From positions 21,972,560 through 22,036,559 of the forward strand of contig NC_134027.1 in the NCBI RefSeq assembly GCF_964204645.1: 64,000 nucleotides of DNA. Reading direction: 5' to 3'. Below, in pieces: positions 55,801 through 64,000 of the stretch. The position numbers and the translations under genes are program-made. The first letter of the stretch is position 1. Each line of letters starts with the position of its first letter. The notes under the pieces were generated by a model that did no database searches, was not told the origin of the DNA, and saw only the letters and a program-made list of their open reading frames with translations. This DNA is from Tubulanus polymorphus. Lineage: Eukaryota; Animalia; Nemertea.

Positions 55801-58800
55801 AAAAACTTTACTAATTATTAAGTACTAATTACATCAATACACAGCGATGCAGTGTATAAGTAGTCCATGCTTGATTAATACACCGCACTGCGGTGTAGAT
55901 GCACTGAAAATAATTCATGCCGGGTGGCAGCAAAAAACTTTTACGAGTGTGTGGCCGATTTTCTGAGGGACGAATGTAAACCGGGGTGGCCATCCCTTTT
56001 TAAACAACCCTAGTTGAGTACAAAAGAATGTATTATATATTCGTACGTCGTTTTTGTATTTTCAGATAGCGATAATGACAGTGACTATATTCCCGTTGAG
56101 GTGTATGTTGATAATATTAATCGTGATAGCCGCGTGGCCGATCGGGTTCGTGTGTTTATACGGCGTAACCGAGGACGAGAACAGTAAACCGTTCGTCGGA
56201 TGGAGACGGTAAGATTTCCAATCTTCGAACTTTCGTCATTGCGGGGGATACGGGGGCCAGTCGCTCAGGATGAATATATGTTGACGGTGCGGTTTTAATT
56301 TTTCGACTAGCAACTGGTTAACTGTAACTAACTTTCGAGCGACTGGTTCCTGGTCTATTTATTATGCCCCCAGTTTGCCACTTTTTCCTGTTTTGCCCCT
56401 TTCGAGTATATTAAGAGTAAAAAACGGTTTGATTGTAGTTTGCCCCGCCGCGTTTCAACTAAAACACCTGCTGGGGCCGGTTGCATAGTCATGGCTTAGT
56501 CTTAAGACCAGTCTATAGCCAATCTAACAACTTAAGACCAGTCTTAAGATTTAAAGCCTAGCGCACATCGACACAGCGATTGGAGACAACTAGTTGCTAC
56601 CGAACGATTACCCCGCGCACATCGAAATCTAGTTACGGCCGGTCAGTTGCAGCAACTGCATGGCACGTGTCGATCGTCGAGATCCAGAGCGCGCACATCG
56701 ACGGATATGACTGCGATTGAGTACAACCAGTTGCTCAAAATTAGAACATGGGCAACTGGCTGGAACTGGAGATAGATCGACGCTTACCAATCGTAAGCTC
56801 GCTCACATCGACACATTCAAGCAACTGATCGTATCCAGCCAGTTGCTCTCGTGCGCCGAAAACTGCCTTGCAACTAGTTGTCTCCAATCGCAGTGTCGAT
56901 GTGCGCTAGGCTTAAGACCACTTTTGGACTTAAGTCACGACTGTGCAACTGGCCCCTGGTGCTAGTTCCATAGTCATGGCTTAGACATAAGACAAATTTA
57001 AGGCCATATTAGTTCTATTAGCTATTTTAACAACTTAAGAGTTAAGACCATTTTTGGACGAAAGTCTCGACTATGGTACCAGCCCCTGTGTTTTTTTGCC
57101 TATTTTGGATTTCGAGTGAAATGTAAGAAATTAAGTAGATTTATGGAGAAGGCCAACTGCGAGCGAACCTGCGTCGAATCTTCCAGAATCAGATGAGGAT
57201 GCGTCCATTTTGAGGTCACCAACAAGGGGCCAAGAGTCGTAAGACCATCTTGGTTTTTCAGGGAAGGGAATCAAACAACTTAAAACGGTCTTATGTTTGA
57301 AATTCATCTATGGATTTAACTCGTCAGTCCGGACTTGACTGCAACTTCTACTTGGGAGAAGCTGCTAAGAGCTCAATTGCTAATATGAAATATCAAGATA
57401 CACTTCCTAAAATCAGAATAATTTCCTGTTGATTTTCAACCGCTTCGTTTGATGTCAAATTACTCTCATTTTTTTAGGGGTAACTACTACAAATAGCGAT
57501 ATCAGGTAGTCAGTCCGGACCTGGCCCTGGAATGATAAGTGGCTATAGTAAAGCGGGTTTATGCCTTCTGAGTTGTTTTCTGGTTCACCGACTGAATGAG
57601 TCTCATGTTCTTAAATTAGCTCAATTCATAATCTTAAACTCTTTGCACAACGAATGTGTTATTAGCGCAGGGCTAATGCATTCGTTTAATACTCGTTTAA
57701 TACACAGCTCGCCTGTGGTGATAGTTATAGACAGGGTTTTAGTACATGAGCGATTAGCGATCAGGGTCAGGGACAATAATCATTAATGAATCGTGGCGGC
57801 GAATCAGAGTCATCGGTGAATCAGAGAATGATATTCATTCCTGCTATACTCAATATTGACACTACCGGTATGTGTGTATATATAATGAGGCTACTCGCTG
57901 AATGTGTTTACATCATCTGGGAGTTGATTCATTCTCGGTGTTCGTGTACTACTATCATCGGAGTGGACGAGTTTGTTACATCTACTCCTCAAAAACCTGT
58001 CGAGCCCAATGCGCATTACGCAGGGAAGCACACAAACATGGAATCCAATATGTTTCATCTCCTCGGAAACGTTTTTTTCTGGTTTCTCGTGAATGCGCAC
58101 AACGCCGGAAAATGCTCGTAAACATCGGATTCTGTTTCCTGTTTTTTGTGTTTGTCTGCAACATGTGCTTTTTTGGGCGAGTAATAATCTCGTGGTTTTG
58201 TAAAGCGTTCACTCCATTAGCAATAGATAGTAGATTCTGGGTAACATTTTCTCCGCGTGCATGAGGAAAGCGTATTTCATCGGTCTTCGTTGCCATCTTC
58301 ATTGCGTGCAAAGAAAATATTACCGAAAATCTAACGGTTCCTAACAAATAGTTTTGAGAAGTCGGCGTTCCTGTTCTCTTTGTAGTTCTACAGTCATCAT
58401 ACGGTTGTGGGGGTACGGGATATTCGGGGTTCTGCATCATATACCAGGATTGTAAAGGGGGCTTGTACAGAGTCGCGTATCCCTATAAAACTTCTTGTGA
58501 AGGGCAGTGCCCTAATACCGTGTTAGGACTGGCCAAATTTATTTGTGCTGTCTTCTGAACGGACAGTAGAGCCTAGCTTTTTGGAAAGGGAATGGCGCTT
58601 TCTTAATGGAAAACTGCGTAACCTTTTTTTTGTAAGGATGGTACGAAAAGAGCTGCACGATGTCTACAGCCCTCAGGAAATTATGAGAATAACAGTAATG
58701 ATGATAGTAAATCGAGCAATTCATAAAGCGCCTTCTACATCATATTACACGCCCGAAGCGCTTCTTCCTCAGGGAACGACTTGCGAAACAGCCGTCTTTT

Positions 58801-61800
58801 TAAATTGATCAATGCTGTTAGAAGATCTTATGTCGTTTGGTAAATTGGTTCACGATCCAAAATATGGACGTATCAAGGGGCATTCTGAGTGTATCTATAT
58901 GAAGTATCGTTTGGTTGGCAAAATTAGGGGGTGGCTATCTGCTGCCCCTACAAGAGTGGATATCAATATTCTATCAATGCTGATGATTGCTTTGAAATAG
59001 TCCTATATTGAAATGCATTGTATAGCTTATGCGACAAGTAGCCTGAGATACTCCATCCGAGTGTGTTGAACAACGGGAATACCACTATAGTGCGTCTACA
59101 CTGCGGTGCGGTGTATCGTTAGTTACTAGTATTTCACTATGTTTGACCCGTGCTGCCATTTTTCAAGAGAGATAATTACTAATTACATCAATACACCCCA
59201 GTGCGGTGTACTAGCAAAATCTATCACTGACTTATACACCGCACTGCGGTGTAGACGCACTTAAAGGGTTAATCCTTAACGCGCCTCAGTTTTTTTTTCT
59301 ATGTTCGTCGTACGAGTACGAATTCTTCTCTTTCTCGATCGGAACCGCCGTTTTCCGATTTTTGTTTTTTTTTCTCATCATGTTTTCTCTTCGCAGCGTT
59401 CTACGCCGATGCATCGAGATACTGTGGCGCAGCATGTTCTTCGTCGGCGGCTTCCACTGGATCACCGTCAAAGGGCAGCGGGCGAGCGCGCGACAGGCGC
59501 CGATCCTGGCCCTGGCGCCGCACTCTTCATTCCTCGACACGATGTTACCGGGCACCGTTCTGCAAGCTACGTCGCCCGTAGCGAAAGCCGCAGCCGCCGA
59601 TATATTTTTATTTGGACGTACGAACTAATTATCAGTCTTCGTTCGATTCGTTTTTAGCCCACTTGGGACTTTTGCGTTCACTTTTCGTCCGTCGTCCGTC
59701 CGTAGACGGAATCCAGTTATTTTGGGAAGTTTTGAAGACGCTTCAAGGTAATGTCTTGATATTTGGTTTATACATGTATCTACCCTAGACACATCTGCAG
59801 CCCAAAAACTGGCCCTGTCAGAATCAAGATGGTCGACTGGCAGCCATTGTTGTTCGCCACTTTTTACACATTTTCGAAGTTTACGAGGGAAATTTTGAAG
59901 ATGCATTGATCAATTACCTTGGTCTTGCGATTATATTTGAACCTACCAAGGGCCCATCAGCAAAAGAAAAATTGGTTCCATATGACTCAAGATGGCCGTC
60001 CTATGACCTTTTTAGTGCCCAAAAATGTCAATTTTGGCCAAAATTCTAGGTCCTGCAGCTTCCTACTGGTTTGCCATTTCTCATTGCAATTTGTGATGGG
60101 TATTCTTTGTAAAGGGATGTTTTTATCTGAGACCGGTATTTTTGATCCGCCAAATATGACGCAATTGGCGGCCATCTTGGTGTCATTAGTACTCATTCGT
60201 AGGTGGGAAAAAGTTTTCCGACATTATATTGATACCTAAGCATATTTTGTTACAGCAATGAATTAGAAAGTTATAGCATATAACGTGTTCTATGATTGGG
60301 GTGAGTTTCAAGTTCATTGTTTTTTGTATATGGCCACCAGGGGGTGTTGAATAATACAATATCTTAGTATTTCTATATTATATTCGTACCAATACATATT
60401 TTGTTACCGCAATCAATTGCAAAGTTGTGGCTCATGACATCATCTATGATTGTGGTGAGTTTTAAGGAAATTAGTTATTCTATATGGTCACCAGGGGGCG
60501 TTGAATAGTAGAATAACCTGGTATTTCCTTATTATATTGGTACCTAGGCATATTATGTTACCATGATCAATTGCAAAGTTGTAGTTCGTGACATGTTCTA
60601 TGAATATGGTGAGTAACAAGGTTATTGGGTTTTGAATATCGTCACCAGGGGGCATTGAATAGTAGAATAACTTAGTATTTCCATATTAAATTGGTAACGA
60701 GGCATTTTTTGTTATCACAATCAATTACAAAATCGTAGCTGCTGACATGTTTTATGATTGTATTGAGTTTCAAAGTCATTGGTATTTGTATATGGTCACC
60801 AGAGGGCGTCGAATATTGAAATTGTTAGATTGTTGAGCATTTGAAACCACTTCCCAAGTGGGCATGTGTCCCTGGACCCCTAGTTTGTTTTTGTTTTATT
60901 AGAGTACATATGTATGTATGCGCATGTGTGTTGGAGTGTGAATGAAATCAGTTCCAGAATATAGAACGATAACCGCACTCAAACGTGGTGAACGGATAAT
61001 AAGATAAAAACCCACTATCTACAGATTAAAAGAATTTAAAATCAAGAATTTATTTATTCGATCTAAAATATATAGAATACACGACGTTTCGATCTCACCC
61101 TAGACATCGTCGTCAGGTGCGTCACGCCTGACGATGATCTCTAGGGTGAGACCAAAACGTTTCGGCTGTTCACTAACAGTCATCATCAGGTGGAATGACC
61201 AAAAAAAACAATCTGGTCACGTTTTTCTGGTCATTCCACCTGATGATGGCTGTTAGTCAACAGCCGAAACGTGGTTTCATAATAATAAATTTGATCGTAT
61301 AATTTTTTAAATTCTAATTGTGGGATTTCTTCATTTAACCAGTGGATAGTTGACATAGTGATAATTAAAAGTTCATTGTTACTACGGTTGTATCTATACA
61401 CTGGTTATCTGTAACTGACTTTTGAGCTACTGGCCCCAGCAGGCGTATACTCGTAACATCCATATTTCGTTATAAAATCTGTTCTCAGTTTCGAACCATT
61501 TCGTTTCTTCCGTCAGCGAGAATCGCGTGCTGCGAGGGTTTAAAATCGAATTGAAGATCACTTTCAATTTTCACGCGATTTTTGCGTAGATTATTCATAT
61601 TATTATATCACGGGATTGTGGTTAAGAAAAAAATATGTTTGCATTGTTCATTTATGTTTTTAGTACCGGGTATTGATCACGTTTAAAGAATAACAATATC
61701 AGAAGCTATAGTTTATTATTAGTGATAGGGTGTGGTTGGCTTCTACTGGAGATGTATATGTACATATGTACGTGCGCCATGTTAAAAGGCTATGACCACT

Positions 61801-63606
61801 CTAGAGATTCCGGGCCTAGGAAATTACCGTGCACTTATAAATCTTATGTGCCACAATGGGGAACCGGCAACACCGGCTATCCCGCCAGATGGCGTAACGA
61901 GCGCCTGGTCTTATGTAGTGAAATAGATACATTTTCGATGAACTTTGACCTGAATTTTTTTACTCCAGAATCAATATCGCTATATCACAGGACCTTCCAA
62001 GTACAAATTCAGATATCTGAATAGTTTCCATAATATTAGATCTATTTAAGGGAGTTTAAGTTCATTCAGTTTTCATGGAAATGTAGAAGAAATCGAACGC
62101 AGAAGACAGAGTTACTAAAACTAGTGGACCTGCTGGATCCTCGCTTGCCACAGGAGGTCGCAGGTTAACCATTGCTCGAATGTACATAGCCATGTTCGCG
62201 TAATTCTGCGCTTAGTAAACCCGCTTTAGTTCTTCATTCAGTGAACATGAACATGCAAATTCTTGTCAAATCACGTGTCGTTTAAATTAAAAGTACTTTT
62301 GCGATTCTAATTGCGGGTCAATCAACAGCTGTGGTGAATGAACGACGTAAAATTGGGACGTAACACAACGGCGAATTTCGATTGAATAGATTAGAATTAA
62401 GTTCTATCGGGTGACCTCATTAAAGTTCTGTTGACCTTAAACAGCTATCGGGAAAAACTTGATAATAATATATCTAGATTATCTTTTACAGATTGTCCTA
62501 GGCCTATATATTAGCTGCGTTCACACTAGGTGAACTAGTAGTTCCGTACTGATATACACGGCTTATAAGCGCGGAATGCGATTCCACGCCCAAAAGCCGA
62601 TCTCAGTACGGCACTGAGCTGGCCACGTATTTTCTGTAGTGTGAACGCAGATTCGGCGCTTAGCTAGCCACGTATTCACATCCTCGTAGTACAAAACACT
62701 GAACACTAATTACACTCCCCTCTATTGGCACACTGGGTGACTACTATACTGGGCTTACTAAGTGCCGAATTGCTGACTCGTAGTGTGAATGTAACTGGCT
62801 GTATAAGTGCCGTATTTTGGTGAATTCGGCACCAGCGAAGTACAGGACTTCGTAAGCGCCGAATCTAGTGCGAACGCGGCTATTGAAATCGATAACGCGC
62901 ATATCTTTATTTACATTCATTTCAGAAAGACGTGCACTTCAATATTCGTTCTGACCCTTATCTATGTTCATCGAACTGATCATGCATTTGTTGAAAATTA
63001 TTTCTTTAGACCTAGCTGCCAACTGTTCTCGTTACTATTTCGTGATAAGAAGTACCGATTTTATTTGTTTGATGCTTTATTTGTTTGATGCACCGTATAC
63101 AGAAATATGAATGATGTCACCGAGGGTCTTACTGTTGATTACTGATCTAATGAGAACATTTTCTTTCATATTTCGATGAAATGTTACTGATAAGAATTCA
63201 ATTCGTTACTGATAGCATTTTTCAGAGGTCAGAAGCCCGGTTTCGTTAATCAGTTCCCAAGGCAATAATAGCTGAGTGGGAGTAGCATTGAAAGGGTTAA
63301 TTCCGTTTCGAACGCTAAAAACTGGCGTAGATACGAATGAATTTTATTGTAACTAATCGTACGACGTTTTTAATGATTTTTATAGGACTCTGATACGATT
63401 CTCGTTTAAACACGTCGGCCGAGCGGTGCTGTTTTTGTGCGGTTTTTATCGGATAAAGACGCGCGGTCGTCTGGCGACCAGCGCCGAAGCGCCGATCCTC
63501 TGCGTCGCGCCGCATTCGTCGTTCGTCAACGCGTTCGCGTATCTCGCCTGCGGATTGCCGACGGGTATATCGCGCGTCGAAAATCGCGACCTACCGATAC
63601 TAGGAA
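43836..63606 (+). CDS. LPCAT: Lysophosphatidylcholine acyltransferase LPCAT1/2-like, 5' part (continues beyond the window)
   Basis: Exon 1 43836-43940 (MDWIPRVPRKNSLILPEIKNPFTHRLKLSWCDWIK). Exon 2 56066-56208 (IAIMTVTIFPLR...AAWP...PFVGWRR). Alternative exon 3A 59397-59617 and 3B 63386-63606 (APIL..APHSSF.D/N). Phases 0, 2, 1 are consistent. Confidence 0.92.
47855..48030 (-). mobile_element. L2/CR1-type LINE 3' fragment (a second copy lies at ~49690-49810)
   Basis: SKSNFGDSAFFVSAPKHWKTFP resembles the GxRAFSxxAPxLWNxLP tail of L2/CR1 ORF2. The sequence recurs near 49.7 kb. Confidence 0.65.
56555..56912. mobile_element. PIF/Harbinger-type MITE nested in another MITE (~56473-56957)
   Basis: TIR AGCCTAGCGCACATCGACAC...TTGGAGACAACTAGTTGC with its reverse complement at the right end; TAA on both sides. 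Confidence 0.85.
59397..59617 (+). CDS. LPCAT: LPCAT exon 3A (221 nt; canonical motif PHSSFLD)
   Basis: Pyrimidine tract + CGCAG acceptor and GTACGA donor. Encodes VLRRCIEILWRSMFFVGGFHWITVKGQRASARQAPILALAPHSSFLDTML...ADIFLFG. Confidence 0.92.
59654..60884. mobile_element. Non-autonomous Helentron-type element (HINE/DINE-like) with a central 154-bp tandem array
   Basis: Starts in a T-run. Sub-terminal inverted repeats GCCCACTTGGGA (59657-59668) and TCCCAAGTGGGC (60852-60863). (CGTC)-type microsatellite near 59685-59703, about four 154-bp units at ~60220-60815, and a CTAG/T-rich end. Confidence 0.8.
61079..61120 (-). ncRNA. Minimal hammerhead ribozyme motif (Penelope-like element type)
   Basis: The minus strand reads GCAC-CUGACGA-cGAUgUC(loop)GAgAUC-GAAAC-GUC-GUGU: intact core, helix I GCAC/GUGU, helix II with one mismatch, palindromic ACGU in place of helix III. 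Confidence 0.65.
62513..62881. mobile_element. Harbinger-like MITE
   Basis: TIRs AGCTGCGTTCACACTAG / CTAGTGCGAACGCGGCT with a 3-bp ATT on both sides. Confidence 0.7.
63386..63606 (+). CDS. LPCAT: LPCAT exon 3B (221 nt; variant motif PHSSFVN)
   Basis: TTTTTATAG acceptor and GTATGA donor. Encodes TLIRFSFKHVGRAVLFLCGFYRIKTRGRLATSAEAPILCVAPHSSFVNAFAY...SRVENRDLPILG. Confidence 0.9.
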
Positions 63607-64000
63607 GTATGATTTAATACTACTGATCTTTGCTTGTAGCCGTCTTACGCATTTTGGTGACGGTTCTAACTTCGGTGACGTTGTCCCGGCCCAGTTTCAT
63701 GGACATGGCCAGTTCTTCGATGTTTTTTTTTTTCACGAAACAGTATTTGAAATTTTGGAATCAATTCGTTATTTTCTGAAGCGGTAATAAAATCTGTCCT
63801 ATTAAACTGGGGCCCTAGGTATGTTCTTTAGGTCCAGGTTCGAGATTAGGAAATGGGTCATACAATCGTAAAGTTGTTGTGAAAGTTGCCAGTGCAGTAG
63901 ATTCCCGAAGCAGGGCATGCAGCAAGGAATGAACACGAAACCTGTAAGTGTTTATGGGTTTCGCTACTTCACTTTGCCCGCTATGGCACACTGATTAAAA

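Noticed and set aside
59273-59280. TCCTTAAC as a U12 branch site for exon 3A
   Set aside because: It lies about 115 nt from the acceptor with intervening AGs, and the upstream donor (GTAAGA) is U2-type.
60220-60815. CRISPR-like regularly spaced repeats
   Set aside because: The whole 154-bp unit repeats with no unique spacers, there are no cas genes, and the context is eukaryotic.

Overview
AT-rich, intron-containing animal genomic DNA, probably a marine lophotrochozoan-type invertebrate (inferred from the GPCR and transposon repertoire). 1-21 kb: a cluster of five intronless class A (FMRFamide/Srw-like) GPCRs, one of them frameshifted. The cluster is interrupted by a small spliced gene with a CBM20 starch-binding-like domain, which in turn carries a 4.5-kb antisense CR1/L2-group LINE. 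22-32 kb: an 8-exon E2F4/5 gene with a U12-type intron. 39-40 kb: casein kinase 1 alpha, with the whole kinase domain in one exon. 43.8 kb to the window end: the 5' part of an LPCAT1/2-like acyltransferase. Main finding: this LPCAT has two homologous, same-phase 221-nt versions of the exon encoding catalytic motif I, one canonical HX4D (PHSSFLD) and one HX4N (PHSSFVN), which is the layout of mutually exclusive exons. The intron between them holds a Helentron-type element with four CTCF-like motifs and Penelope-type hammerhead ribozyme cores. MITEs are abundant throughout. All gene models were derived by eye from splice signals and translation; no database searches were run.
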